A stretch of DNA of 64,000 bases from Obrimoposthia wandeli (taxonomy: Eukaryota), in NCBI GenBank assembly GCA_977020255.1, contig CDROCS010000318.1, positions 248,001 to 312,000 on the forward strand. The letters are read 5' to 3'. The notes below the pieces were generated by a model, which did not search any database, was not told the origin of the DNA, and saw only the letters and a list, made by a program, of their open reading frames with translations. Shown here piece after piece: positions 35,940 through 51,329 of the stretch; position 1 is the first letter of the stretch; each line of letters starts with the position of its first letter. Both the position numbers and the translations under genes were made by a program.

Positions 35940-36654
35940 AAGAATATCAGTCAGGCAACAGTTCATCGCATTGTTAGGAACGAATTGAAGCTGAAGCCAT
36001 ATACGCGTCTGATTCACGAATTGAATGACGACAATCCTGATTGACCTCTGCAGTTTAGATACATGTTTATTTCAACGTGTAATGATAAGAAATGCTGATC
36101 AGTCGCTTCTGGTGAAGAGATGAATTCACTTTTAAATTGAATAGATAGGTAAACATACATTCGGGTTGCTTCGAACCAACAAATTAATCAAAAAATCATT
36201 CAAATCGCCAGGTTTGACAATATGGAGTGCTCTGATATCATTGGGCCATTTTCTTTGATGGCACAATAACTGGTGAAAGTTACCTTGACATGCTACAAAC
36301 TATTTTGATAATCAATTAGAATGAAGAACCAATGTGAATGAGAACAACGGTTGGACAAAAACTTTGTCTGTTAGTCCACCTGATATGACGACACTAGATT
36401 TTTTCTTGTGTGAACATCTCAAATATACTGTTTATTTTGAACCGTTCAATGACTAGGACTCAAACATAAATCATTTCATTATTTGAAAAACTTTATCATA
36501 TTCAAAACACATGTTGTTTCCCGATGTCATCGCTGCATCTCTGCTGAAGGCAAAAATTCGAACATTAAAAATAATTATATTTTTTGTTGTATTTTGCAAA
36601 TTTTGCTTATGTTGAACAGTTTTTTTTCATAAATTATTTTGAATCATCCTGTAT
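35940..36654 (+). pseudogene. Decayed mariner/Tc1 (DD41D/rosa-like) transposase relic
   Basis: Reads QATVHRIVRNELKLKPY...IHELNDDNPD and SPPDMTTLDFFLCEHLKYTVY (compare SPDLTPLDFFLWGYLK); ends ATCCTGTA. Confidence 0.65.
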
Positions 36655-36989
36655 TTAAAACGAAAGACAAAATTCCCAGAGTAAATTTTGCAGCCTACTT
36701 TCTTCAACAATATCCCAAAAGAAACATAAAAAAGCTTTAAATAAAATAAATATATAAAAGTAAATTTGTATAAATGCATACGTAAATGTATTTTTGTGTA
36801 TATACGAAGAAAAGCTTTAACAAATAAATTGAAAATAACACTTCATGAACATTGTAAGTAAATTTCTTGTAATTCGATTTTTCAGTGACGCCATAAATCG
36901 GACCGGATTTGACGATAAAAAAACAAAAATTATTTAAATGTAATATGCACATATATTTATTTACGATGCGCTATGGTGATAAATAGCTT

Positions 36990-37200
36990 CCTCAGAGACT
37001 AGCACTTTCCTCGTCCATCTTGGAGGATATGTCAACGTTTTTCTTGAACCGACTGAGTCAATTCATACTCACTTCATCTTCATCGATTTCATTCAACTGT
37101 CTGGCTAACTGAGATGCTTTCTGTTTAAAGATTTCATAGTTTACGTATCGCTCTGGTTGATCTGCTCTTATACCGGTAAACCACTAGAGTAGGACGACGA
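36990..37200 (-). pseudogene. Tigger/pogo CENP-B-type HTH fragment
   Basis: Reads LL*WFTGIRA...IFKQKASQLARQL...SMN*LSRFKK, a CENP-B HTH pattern with stops. Confidence 0.45.
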
Positions 37201-38445
37201 TTGTTTTTTTCAATTTTCAAACGTCTAATTCGTTTGACATTATCACTTTCAAAAGACTATATATTTTTCTTTCACTTTCTGTCTATGTTTTAGTTATTTG
37301 AGATGAAAACGTGAAACGTGTTTTTCTTGATAGAAGGGTTTTTCTTTAAAATATACACTTTTTCCACTACTGTCCGATTTATGTGTTCACGCTTAGCCAC
37401 AATAGAAAACTAAATGATAAATAGCGTCAAGAAACAAATAAAGTTTCCAAATAATTTAGCTACATATCTGTTTTTAGCATTACTTTATCACAGTTCTACT
37501 GTTAAACAACAAATTGACTATTCACCAGATTAAATATAGTATAATTAGGTTGAGGCTGTTAAAATTCACAGATACTGGTTTATACTGAAACAATATAAAT
37601 TCAAAAAAGACTGGAAATCATTTGGGACTGCACATTTGTACCAGTATATGTGATAGACTGATTATGCTTAATAAACTATTACAAATAACACACATCACGC
37701 TAAAACTTATTTTGTCATCGTATCTCGACAGAAAAGCGTCAAATTCAACATTATCTCCTTCACAAACTTAATCATATTGTTCTTCAGAATAATTATTAAA
37801 TGTTCATCACAATCTTTACTCATTATTGCAGTCAGAACCTTTTAGTTTAATAAACATAACACAACTTTCACATACATAAAAATGTCGGGGTGTTATATAG
37901 GTCAGGAATACGCGCCACATATTTGCAATTAAAAAAACCAAGCACTGCTAAGTGCATCTCATTTTAATTTTGATTAAATGCTGATTTTCATAACTTTCTT
38001 ATCCCGCAATTAATCTTCAACATATATGCATATTTTTTCATTCTTATTTTATTTAAATGAATCCCATCGAATTTGTCTATGGAATGATCAATGCTCTGTG
38101 CATTCGAGTTGCATGAGATTTCATTATGATATATTTAAAAATTATTGAGTAATGTTGTAAACTTTGAGAAAATGTTTTAATGTCCCTTGAAGCTGAAAAT
38201 AAATGTCATGATAAAGAATTTTGTACAGAGCTTGTAATCAAGTGCAAGCAGCTGAAATTGGAGCTGACAATTATGTCTTTCTGTCAGTATTTGATGTGCA
38301 TATTCCCGTGCTGTGTGTATTGGAGAGATTAATAGTTTGAGAAATAATTAGTTGAAATAATTATTCAGGGATGAATTATTTCGATAAATTGTATTTATTT
38401 TTTATAGTTGAACTTGGTGTATTTGTTTATCTATCACTTTTTCAG

Positions 38446-38494
38446 AGACGTTTCAAAGCTCAATCCAGAAAATGTGCAAGAAAACTGCGAACTC
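38446..38494 (+). CDS. MICAL-like protein, exon 2
   Basis: Encodes (I)DVSKLNPENVQENCEL; TTTCAG/GTAAGA boundaries; phases fit exons 1 and 3. Confidence 0.8.
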
Positions 38495-40287
38495 GTAAGA
38501 TCATTTTATATAAACAATTTAATAAAAATAATTTGAAAGAAGGATTGAAAATCTCTGTAAATTAATTTCTTGACAGGTTAATAATTTGTTAATACATCAC
38601 AACATGAACATTTTTCCTAGAGGAAATAAAATTTATTAGATTTATTCAGATTACGACAAAAATTAATTTTTATACTCCATCACATCCAAAAAGCTTTAAT
38701 TATGATTTAAAGTCTAAAAAGTTATTTTTAATATTTTAATTCTATTTATTATCACTAATTTGAAAAAAATGGAATTAAATACTAAAAAACTATAATGGAA
38801 ACTGATATTATAGATTATCAAAAGCGGATGTCCATAGACATTTTATTGATAAGTCAAGATCAGTTAAATGACTTGAATTTTTCTAAACGCCAATCTGATA
38901 TGCATGGCTCACGTTCGCAACAATGGAGTCTATTAGAAATCAATACAAATATTTCCGGTTTTTGTAACAGATCGTCCTAATAATTAATTTTTAAAATTAA
39001 ACATAGTGTTTCATTTGTGTCGAATCGTTATTTTATGTAAAAAATTGTGTTTTCTGACCATGTCGATATCTAAAAATTCTGAAGAGATGTTCTTTTTAAT
39101 AACCATAAATATGCTATAAAAAGTTATTGTTGTGTAAATAGCTATTACATTTCTTTTGTAATTTTTTGCGAGCGTATTTATTTCCTTTTATTTGGAGGTA
39201 TTATTTTAAAGTTAAAAAATAATATATATATATATTGACTGAGGGTAAAAAGTTATTTACGGTTAAAGCAAATTTAAATTATATCGACAGATAATTTAAT
39301 TTTAAAATATTAAAAAAAATCAACTAATTTTTGAATCAGTCTGTCGATCTATAAAGAAAAATCTTTTGATGGAGAAATATCAAAATTCAAACCAAATTTT
39401 GATCAACTACTTTTGATTTGACTTTTGATGATGATCCCAAAAACTGGCTTTCATTTTTCACCATTCACCAATATGATTTTCGTTTATATTATAATCTTGC
39501 GACTTTTTTATTTTCATTTTCTTCTACAGTTTAAATTTTGATGTATAAAATTTTTTGTTGGTTTTTCACAATCATTTCCCAGGGATATTTTTTTAAAGCG
39601 TTTACATTTTACTTTATCAATGAAGAAAATCGAATAATGAGATTTATTTGTTATCTGTTGCGGGTTATAAAATACGAAAAAAAGAATTAAAAGTTTTTAA
39701 TCTTCAGCGGGTTATGTGCTAGAGAATACAGTAATTATAGTGACCCCAACCCTAAAGTCATAATAGTAATAAGATAATAAAATAAGTTTTATTTTATCTT
39801 CAAAATAGTAAATTACTAGAAAATTAATACTGTTTAATTTCAATGTTGTTGCCATTTTCTGTAATTCATATATATATTTGTTTCTCCACACCTTTACAAC
39901 ATAGTTATTTACAGTTCACCAGACATCATGCTAGATGCTTTGGTTATCGAGTTCTGAGACCATCAAGAGTTGTGGATGTGTCTTGTATACGAACTGCTTG
40001 AAGTATCTACATAGGAAGAAATCACATGGACAAGTCTACAACTTCTCTACATTTACCAGCTTGATAAAAAAATCATAGTGAAAACGGGTTTCACTATAAT
40101 GCGGATTTCGTAAAATATTAGTAAATATATAGAATAAAACTATATTTAATCCTTTAAAAATATCAATATTGATTTCAAAATCTATATATAATATTCTTAA
40201 AACTCACATTTTAAAAATTATTCTTTTATCTGATATTTTTCCGAGTCAATATTGCAGAATACTAATATTAAAACATATTGTATTGAA

Positions 40288-41496
40288 ATGTCAAGTCTAA
40301 CAAAAGGAAGCACAGACAATGTTGGTCCAAAACAAACAACAGTGGGTAACATTAAAAAATTAACTAGATGTTATAAAGTGTCATGAAGATGGTGCATCAT
40401 TGGCTAAAATTGCATGCGATTATAAATGAGTCATCTGTGTGTGCTATTGTAAAGAAGAAACAACAATATAAAGATCATGGAATTGCTACTGCATCGTACA
40501 TGTCAAAAAGATTTGCACAGAATAGAGATAAAACATGTTGAATATGGAACGACTTTTATTAATGTGGATTGAAGATTGTAATGAAAAAAGAATTCAAGTC
40601 AGTCAACTTATTATTCAAGAAAAAGCACGAAGTCTTTTTAACACAGTTACCACTCAAAATGAAGACTGGTTCACAAATTATTTTTGTCTCGCAACTGAAC
40701 TATATTGCAAAGAAAATGACAGTAAATTTAAAATTATTTTGTTATTAGATAACGCACCAGGACATTCATCTGCACTTGGTGATTTAAATAACAATGTTAA
40801 AATTGTATTTTTTACTGCCAAACACAACTTCGTTATTACAACCGATGGACCAAGGAGTGATCGCAACATTCAAGGCTTATTATATGAGACAAGCTTATTC
40901 TCATGCAATTAAAATTACGGCAGGAGAAAATGCTATTTCATTAACTGATTTTTGGAAGAACTATAATATCAGAATTGCAACTGAAAATATTGATTCAGCA
41001 TGATGTTAAGTTACTGTTTGCAACATGAGAGATGCATGGGAAAAGCTTTTGCCTCACTGCACGAATGATTTTGGTGGTTTTGAATCTCAAGTTCAAACAG
41101 TTGTAGAAAACATTGTTCAGGTCGTGAAAGAACTTGGATTTAATAATGTAGACAATGCTAATGTGCGTGAATGTATCGACTCTCATTCTGGTGAGCTCGA
41201 TAACTAAACTCTCGTAGAAATTGATCAGAAACAAGCATATGAAGAAGAGGAAAAAAAAATAATAAAATGATCTAGTTGAAATAAAAAAAATTAGCATTGC
41301 TGACATGGACAAATTATTTTCACTTTATGATAAAGCTTCCAAAATTATTATGAATCGAAACCCAAATGTCGAACGCAGCATCCAAGTGCGAAACTCTGCT
41401 GAAAAAAGTATTCGATGTTACAGAGAACTTTATGCCACAAAAACGAAGAAGAAATCAGTCCAAACTTCTTTGCTTAAATATTTTTCTAAACAATAA
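40288..41496 (+). pseudogene. Tigger (TIGD1-like) transposase relic with internal deletion
   Basis: MERLLLMWIED...IIQEKARSLF (HTH) is fused directly to ILLLDNAPGH and LLPNTTSLLQPMDQGVIATFKAYY (DDE_1); several frameshifts. Confidence 0.85.
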
Positions 41497-44318
41497 AACC
41501 TTCAGAATTCTTTTTGTTTCAATCAATATTAAATTATAATCTTGTTTCATTATCTCTGTTAATGCTCTTTTTTAATGCATTTAATAACTATTAATTATTT
41601 TATAGTATGTACATATCGATATTTATTCAGTTCGGAACGAATTACTATTAAACCCATTATATAATGCATAAAACAGTGCGGGACAATTCTGGTACGAATT
41701 ACCTGCACTGTTCGGGGTATTACGGTACATTTTTTGCAGATTCATTTCTAAGCATACTTTATCAAAGCTTATCTGTTTATTCAACAAAACAGATGTTAAA
41801 AATTCAATCAATGACATTGTTCTGACAAAATGAACAATTTAAATATAGATTCAATGTAATCGATAGACACAAATGTATTTTAAGATGATATGCGTTGAGT
41901 TTAAATGATTGAGAACATAGCACAAAAATGTACGATGGAAATTTCTGGGAAAATATTTGTGAATAGCTTTTATAAAATGTAGGAAAATGGTTTTGCGATC
42001 ATCATTCATTATTTTGTAATTAAGTCAAAGTAGTGTATTATACGAAGTATGCGAAGAAGCATTTAGTTTTCTAAAATAATTAGTCATTGTCTATAATAGA
42101 TTCTACGGACAAAGGTTGTATCTACAAAATATTCCCTGACTTTATTTTTTCACACTAAAATGTCCATTAGCACTTAGCATTTTTAAAATTTGACATTTAG
42201 TTGGTAAGACTAAAAAAATAGAAAAAAAAAGCATTCTGAGTTCAAAAATAGAGCCATTTTGTACGATGTAACGAAATTATGTAGCAATTGCTTTTTACTT
42301 TTAATTTATTATATAAGACTCAATTTTTATATATTTTAGCATATGTATAGTTATAATGTCGTCTTACTGTTAGTTAATTTTGTGACAATTCGGTAAATGA
42401 TTAGTATTTGGCAAGTTACATTTTGATATGAAATAACCTCTAACGTCCTTTAAAATAATATAATAACACGGAAAAGTTATTATAAAGATGACAAAAATGT
42501 TTATTCTTAATAGTTTAGGTTAACGTAAGAAATCTTCCCTTTGAACCAGAAATTTGGGTTAACTTCGAGACACTGTTAAAAAAATGAATAAATAGGCCCT
42601 GTACTTATGTAAAAGTATTCTAAAGATAGTCTGCAAATCCTTATTGTATGTTAAAACGAAAGTAATTATACTTTAATATCTTTAAATTAATGTTTACCAA
42701 AAGTGCTTGTCAAAGTTCAGTAATATCTATGCGTATGGAAGTGATAAAAAGTATATTTAATATATTAAAAAAAAACGCGTCTAATTCGAAAAACTCTACA
42801 GTGTTGATAGATTATAAGTCTATTTTAAAATGGTCCCAATTTCTTCATCCGATTTGGTTTTAGTTATTGTTCAGACCTGAGATCGGATGTTTTAGAGTTG
42901 TGTGCGTGTGTTAACATAATAATTATAATGTTAAAAGTCGTTACAGAAAAGTGATGTTTTGTTTCAAAAAATGAATTGTGAAAATTTGAATTGGTTGTAA
43001 AAGAAAAAACTAGCGTATGTGAGTTTTTGTTAAATAAATTGTTGGAGTCATTTTTTGTATTTTACTTCGACGATGGACGCAGAAACAGTTATGAAAGGCG
43101 ATTTCATATAAATTAACCAGATTCCTATAACTATTATTGGCACAATTAAAGATGCAAAACTATTTAAAAATAACCAAAATCTTTGTTGAAGATACAATTG
43201 ATAATGAAGAATATACTATACTATACAAGTTTTAAATGTAATCGAAATTGTTTAAGACTTTAACAGAACGTTGTATTGCAAAAAGTAATTTTGACAGTTT
43301 ATCCCAGCTTAAAACCTCTATTTTAGAATAGTGGGATAATATTTCTTATGAATACATTCCAAATTTTAATCTTAATTTCTTGTAAAATTGTTAGACTTCA
43401 TCAATAGAAATGGATGTTTTCCTTATAATATTAAATTAATTTTCTATTTTCTAATTTTAATTGATATGAAAATTTAATTACTACACGAATTCCTTACACG
43501 TTTGTATTTTACTTACAATAATCAGTAGTATAAAACATCAATATGTGTTTCTTTATTTGATTCTTGGAGTTAAAAAATTCCTAAAACTGGTTTGACAGTA
43601 TTTGTTCTGTGGTTCATTACTAATGTGTTGAAGTATTTATGTTATTATGATGTTAAGGTTATTATTTATTTAATTTCCACACAATTTGCAAATATACTAA
43701 TTATTTGAATATTAGTAAAATAAATTTTGATTTTCTTTTGATCATTTCTAAATATTGTGAATAGTCGTGTTATTTATCAATATATTTATAAAATTTATAA
43801 AAACTTAAATTAAAATATATTTTAAAAGGACATCATCAGGAAATGCAGCTTAGGTGCTTTATATGTTATCTCTAGCAATTTCGACACAAACGGCTTAATA
43901 CAAATCTTGATTGATCTTCAAATATTCTGATTGGGTATTGCGATTAGGTTTCCAGCTTCACAGATAACTCTCATCATATTTAAAAAAATCATAATAAATT
44001 CTAGTAAATTATTAGATTATTCTCGTTTACTAGATCTTTACTCATATTATGATCAAGGAATGCACTCTTTATACTCGGTTGGTTATGTTATCTAGCCGCT
44101 GTGCGAAGATGACAATGTGCTTCTTCATTGTACAATAGAGAGCAACAGTTAGATTTAAAATTATTACAATATGTATATCCAAGGGTGTATTAAATGCATT
44201 TGAAAATTCAGAAAATCGCAGCCTCGTAACTGTTTATATTTAAGATTTTTTTGATCTGGCTTAAAACGAATGCAGGTCTTATAAGTTCTCAGTTTACAAT
44301 GTACTCTCTATTATGCAG

Positions 44319-44463
44319 GCGTTTTCAGTGGCCGAGAAAGAGTTCAGTATCCCGGCCTTGCTGGACGCCAGAGATATGGTGATCATGAAGAGCCCCGACC
44401 GACTTAGCATCATTACTTATCTCTTCCAGTACATCAGTATTCTTTCACACAATAATTCTCCAA
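44319..44463 (+). CDS. MICAL-like protein, exon 3: end of CH domain
   Basis: Encodes [39 protein letters not shown], the typical C-terminal half of the EHBP1/MICAL CH domain. Confidence 0.88.
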
Positions 44464-46366
44464 GTGAGTCTAATAAAAGTCAATGAAAAATATGTTCAAA
44501 ATTGACTATGGAAGTTTTAAAAACGACTCGGCTATTAACCACTGACCTACATGTAACGATTAATTTTTAAAATTTGTCTAAACCCATCTAGGGTTTCCAA
44601 TATACGGTTGATTTAAAACAATATTTTAATATTTTTACACCACTCTTATCAAAAATCTGAATATTGTCCGAGATTGAAAAATATGACTATTCATAGAAAC
44701 CGTAAGAATGATTCAGATGTATTTTACTAAGTATACTTAATGGTCCCGGCTTGTCAACTCCCAAAGGATTGATCTCACTTAATTTCATATAAAACTCTTT
44801 CAATCAAAAGCAAATCGAAATAATTTATAGCTATAATCAAAATATTTAATATATTTTTCAAAAACATTTGTTGAAATATGGTAGCCCAATCAGATATACG
44901 GGTTTTTAAAAATGTCAGCTCTACTTGTTGTTTGTCATTAAAAAAATAACGTTAGCTGCTTGATACTATAAACTATTGCTTCTTGTAAAGCCTCACTTTT
45001 GTTGAATTCGGTTTGACTTGTCTGTTTTTGCGTTTGTGACTGTATTCTAGGTAAATGATTTGTCTTGTGTCGAATTTACAGACAAATATTTACGTGATAA
45101 ATGGCTACTTTCAGAATGTAGCCATGATATAGGTTTACAGTAGTTATAGTCTGACCTCAGCATTATTTATACAGATGTGTGAATTTCAACTTTCTTTTTG
45201 AAATTCATTTTAGCTTTTTTATTGTATCATTTTCTAGCACACTCAACCATTTTTTAACAGCAGTCTACACTTAGGAGCTGATGATGAAATTCTAAATGCT
45301 GTCATTTAGATGTCTAAATTTATACCCTATAATTAGAGACTATTTTTCCGAGTTGAAAGAATGGTTAAATTTTAATTCGATTATAGTGCAAAATAAAAAT
45401 TTAACTTCCGTTCTGTAATTCTTAATTCTCAAGTTGTACGAATATCGAATGGAACATACCAGTAAATTAGAAATGTCTTAGTTGCGTTAAATGTTAAATT
45501 AAAAACAAACAGTTTTAAGCAGCTGATAACATATAAGATATCCTTTTTGAATTTAATAAACAATTTAAAACGTTTAATAAAGGAAGCACTAAATAGATTC
45601 TGCAAATAAAATATCACATGCTAATTTTTTAATATTTAAATTTCTAGTAACAAATGTATAACGTGAAAGTTTATGTACATTTATGCAACTTTTTTAAAGA
45701 GAATTTTATAAAATAGATGTAAGTATAACTAATTTTTTTCTCAATGTTTTGGTGAAATTTAAAAATAATTGTTGTCTCTAAAATAAACATAAAGGTTAAT
45801 AAAATAAATACATTAAATACTGGTAACAAGTACTTCTTGAAAAATGCTTATTGCAAAAAATAACTGAAAAAAGCTTTTAAAAATGTTCGAACTCTGCTAA
45901 GAAACAGGCTTTCCTCTGCAAATGAGTAGAAGTCTGATTATGAAATTATTGGAAAATAAGGTATATCAATAACATACCATTAAACAAATTTAATATGTTC
46001 GTGAAGATCCAGATTTTTTTACATGTCCCTGAAATTGGAAAAATTCTTTAGAATATCCATTAAATGTTATTATATAATTTTTACTTATTACGGAAAACCT
46101 TAATAAGTTTTAGATCAACTTTGCGGAAATACATGTAATATCTCTGATATATTTTCGTGTACCGCACCGTAACTTTTGTCTATATTTTTCTAACGAAACC
46201 ATGAATCCATTTTCTGATTGTGAATTTGAAGATGATCTTTCTTTTTTCGATAGCAGCAGTTCGTTTATTCACTTAAAAGGTTAGTTACGATGTGGATCAT
46301 GTAGCATTTTCTTGACATGTTTTCTGTCGCTACCAATGAATTCATCTCATTGCTCCTCCGTTTCAG

Positions 46367-46434
46367 AGAAGCCAGTAAAGAACAGTCCCCTGGCTTCGAT
46401 CGAGAACATCTCCAATGGAAATATTTCTAAGCCA
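46367..46434 (+). CDS. MICAL-like protein, exon 4
   Basis: Encodes (K)KPVKNSPLASIENISNGNISKP; TTTCAG/GTAAGT boundaries; phase-consistent. Confidence 0.7.
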
Positions 46435-49400
46435 GTAAGTTGGGTTTCGTTTTACCCGTTCTTCGATGATAGTAACATATTTTTCAAATCAAAAGAACTG
46501 CATTAGAACTTCTCAAATATCATTTGAGAATAAAATCATTTTGTTATTTTTTGTGTTCTAAGAACAAAATATTAGCCATTTTCGCTTTCCGCTTATTTTT
46601 AAGAGATTTTATTTTTAATAAACTTTATCACCAGGAAATATCCTTGATCCTATTGTTAACATTATCATAAATGCTTTTGTATTTTTTTACCAGAACAGTA
46701 TTTGTGTGTTTCCACACCAAAATAAAACCATTGAACGTAATCTTTCAAGATATTTAGTATCGAATTTAGCTGTTGTAAATCGTCAAATACTTTTCTGAAT
46801 TGACCGCTTGTCATTTGTTTGAAAGAAGAACGCATATACATTTGAATGTGCACAAGCCACTAGATAATTCAATGTTCGATGTACAGACGATCGAAATAAA
46901 CCTACCATCCGATCTATCTGAATTTTAAACAAAAACTACATTATCGCCAGACTAGAATTACATAGCCTTATACTTTTGCAATATTCTTTTACTAAGAAGT
47001 AAGTTGAATCACCCAATAATTTATCACAACGAATTAATACTTTATTGAGGTACTAAATAATTTATATGTTCGATTTCTGAGGATATATACAGAAACATAG
47101 AAATTTACGGATTGGTGCACTTTTTCTCTCAAAGTTAATAACTTTTTATTTGTTGTATGATATCATTTTACATTTGGTGTAACATTTTTTGGTGTCACTC
47201 GAATACAGAACCAAATTTCTAGGTCTTAGATAGTTTAAGTGGCTTTGTAAACAATTTTTTAGTGAATGGTGCCGCACAGAAAAAGGAAATGTCTATAATT
47301 TTGTTTGGGGTGTTTCTGTAACAACAAAAACAAAAAATACTTACAAATATTTGATCAATAAAATGATTACAAAATATTCGCATTTCAGAGAAATTAATGA
47401 TTTTTTAAAGCTTTATTTTTGCTTACAGTCAACTCTGATAATTTGAAAATCATATGAGCAGCTAATCAAATTATGTAATTTATTGAAAATACCTTTCGGT
47501 TAGAAACTAAAATAAAAGATTTTTCGAGCAAAATTACCAGTTTCTCTAAGCAGAAAAAGTTGTTTTTATTTAAACTGTTTATAATATAAATTTATGGAAT
47601 ATTAAATGTTGCTGCATCGAAAATATGTTTGACCAAAGCCTTCTTCTTTCTTTAGCATTTTTTGACAAGTCTACTTACCGGTGAATGTCACTTTTACGTC
47701 AAACCTATTTTCAAATTGCAGCAGTTGTTCGACCATTTTCATAATATTTTACAAGTTCTTGACTTTCTTGTAGCGGGCGTTGATTTACAGAAGTGAACAA
47801 TTTACACGAACAAAAAGATCGATGTGCATAAACATGAAATACTTTGAAACAAACATATCTTTAAAAAATGAGTGGTTAATTTAATTTTTGTTGCATTTTC
47901 TTAGTTGAGCAGGTAATTGTAGTTAAACATTACTAATATAGTTTTATATATGGAATACTTAAAATATGGTAAAAATAAAACATTAGATATGGATAAACCG
48001 TGTATGTCAAACTAAAAAAAAGTATCCCAAATCTTCTTTATATTTACAAAATACTCTCAAAAAGAGCTATAATGAACAATGTTACTCACAAAAAACATTT
48101 TAAAATATGTAATTAAATCAAATTAATATTTTTACATAATAATATTGTTTAAATGTTGCGTTGCTAAGAGTTTCATAAATTTATATATTTTAAAACAAAA
48201 TTGAAAATGAAATAAAAAAGTATTGAAATGGAACTAATTATCAAAAAACTACTCAGCAGATAACAAATAGTAATTTATTATTTTAATTTTAAAATTGTGG
48301 TTGCGTTTGTTAAAATTTTAACTATACGAAACAAATTATGTTGGGTTTTTACATGTTTAAATATTTTTTAAAATAATGAATATACCTAACCACTTTTTTA
48401 GATTAAATGAGTAAATTATAAAATTTTATAAAGAACTGTGATTTCCACCTTCGATAAGTTCCCTTGTCATTAGTAGCGTTTTAGTAGTTTTTGATTTAAA
48501 CGACTCTTACAGAAAAGATTTTATTGCAGTTGATGAATTTCTTCATTATGTCTGGTTTTCAAATAAATTGCAATTAAAATTTAAAAAAGTTCACATTTAA
48601 TGTTGAATGCTAGACATACCGTGAAGTTTCCTCAAAGAAAAGATCATCAATATAGCCATTAATCTCTTGTCTTGTTCTCTTAGTTTTAATGTCTTCACAC
48701 AAATAGATTCTAACTGAATAGAATCTAACTGAATCTGCATTTAAGCTGATGGATGTGGAGTAATTGTTTTGTAATTCATTGGGACTACCTCATTTTGTAT
48801 ACACAACTATCATAATTAACGTCGTCCTCGTTGTGTTGAAGTTCGTTAAAACCAATCGATAGTGCATAGACGAAAAAATTAAATGTTAAAGTTCATGGTC
48901 AGCTCTGACGTCAAGTTATTGACAAAATGTGTAAGAAAGAGATTTAGGTAAGCGATGTTTAAAACATAAAACATGTTAGGTTATCAGTATACTATATACT
49001 ATATGAGTGCAATAAATATTATTGGAAACAAATCCATCTCAGGAAACCTATTTTTATGATAAATAACGATTTGACATATATAAAACAGTAAGATCTGTTA
49101 CGAAATATGAGATTTATATGTTGTAAATGTGAGATAAGTATTTCATTTTGCCATTTAGAAAGATTCCAGTCATTTAATCGACATTTCAAAATCTGTATCC
49201 GTAATATCCTTTTTCCATAATAATCTTTTCGGTATCTAACTCTGATACAGAAATTTTACAAATTGCGGTGAATTTAATTAAATCAAGATAAATACATTAA
49301 AAATGCCTTTTCAGATATAAAATAATAATTAAATTCTTTGGATATTATGAATGCATTAAAATTATTGTTGTCGTAATAAGGATGTAAAATAAATTCATTT

Positions 49401-51329
49401 TCGTTACAGGAAAAAGTTTCATGTGGCGCTGTTTTATCCATAAAATACAACATATTATTTTCAACAGTCACAAACAATCTTTTAGTGTAAAACATTCGTA
49501 AATTATCCTCACAAAACCAAATTTATCCTCAAATATAGCAAGTACAAACGGTATAAATCTGAACCTCTGCTAATCAATGATGATTGATTAATTTTCCATT
49601 AGAATTAAATAAATAAAATTTGCATTATAAACGCGAGAAATTTTCACATTTAAATAAGCAACTGAAATTTTATAAAAAGAGAATCGTGATTTTGTTTTGG
49701 GATTTATGTTTCCGTGCTAATTGAACTTATTTATGGGTTTGTTGAATGCTATTAATATTGAAATTCTATTTAACATTTATGATGTATATTTGGATATTTC
49801 GTGACAATTTAATCCTTATTCTTCGGGTAATTTTGAGTGAAAATGTTAAAAAATAATACATACAGTTAAGTTTTTTTATTGAAGAAATAATGCAAATATC
49901 GTTCAAATAGCAAAAACAAAAATCTACCGATAGTGATTTGGAACAAATCGATCTCATGGATGATTCTGGTTCTAATTTGTGTAGTTTGTCTTACCGATTG
50001 CCACTATCTTTCCGGATGTTGTGTGTGTGTTTGTGTGCTGTCAATGTTGTCATAGTTACTACAGAAGAATACTTGAAGAATGTTTCGTACAATAAACACG
50101 AATCAATGATATTTATCGCTAAATCGGTTAATTATGTTAATGTAGATTGTTTAATCATGAATTAGACAATTTGAAGGAAAACTGAAGCAGTGATATGTAA
50201 ACTTTTCGTAAGACCCGCACACAGTAAGAAAGACTTATTTACACAAATATTTAGATATATTATTTATAGTTGAGATTTACTTCGTTTAATTTTCAAATAG
50301 AAGGGTGGGCTTGTTTTGGTTACAAACAAATTCCAATCGGGGCTCAATGTTGATCAAACATACACGTACTTCGTCATCCAACATTAACAAATGTGTCATC
50401 TGAAAATCATATTTCGCAGAGACTAGAGATTCAAAACGAGAGTGAGCCACTTTACTCAAATCAGGATCTTAAAATTCGTTAAAACACTTATGACATAGGA
50501 TATTGAGTAGCAGCAAGTGGTTTTCTCTGACGAGAAGCTTTTAATGTGCTCAGCTCAAATATTTTCAAATACTATTTGGTATTGTCCTATTTTTTATATT
50601 GAATTTTAAAGGCAAATATGATTGAGTGAGTAAATTGTTTTAAATACATTTTTCAAAAGGAATCATTTTTATTTTAGTACCTGGAATCTACGTATTATTT
50701 GTCTGTGTTGACTGACTTGACTACAAATAAGAGTTATAGAAAAAAAAATCAATTTTTTATTGAGGTACTTGAAAGTTATCTCGCGGCATAGAAAAATTAC
50801 AAAGAAAATTATATTGAAAATGAATTTGTTAGAAATATATTACTTTTAAATATAAATAATACATAAAAATTATGTTGAATTTGTATCATTGCATGTGTAT
50901 TTCATAGAGAAATAAGTTTACAAAATACATTTTTTGTATTAAATTTACAATTTTTATTAGAATACCGGGTTTGGTTGCTATAATTTTCAAACTCAATTGA
51001 TGCCATTTTAACGTGACCTATAAATCATATTTTTCACTAATGTTCATGTAAATGTTTAACATCAGAATTTATAAAAACTAACCGTATCATTTAAATGTTA
51101 ATAATATAAATTACAAAAAAAATTAGAGATATTTTGTTAGGAACTGAATTCAGTGTTTTGTCAATAATTGGCTGCAAGGCTTGTTCAAGATTGTATCATA
51201 TAGTACCTAATGTGTTCTTCTCCACATACTTAGCTCTTAGTTACTTGAACGATATCTAATACGCTTTAAATATTGATTTTTTATCAATGATATTCGACTG
51301 ACGATTTTGTGCCACTTGCCCTTTTCCAG

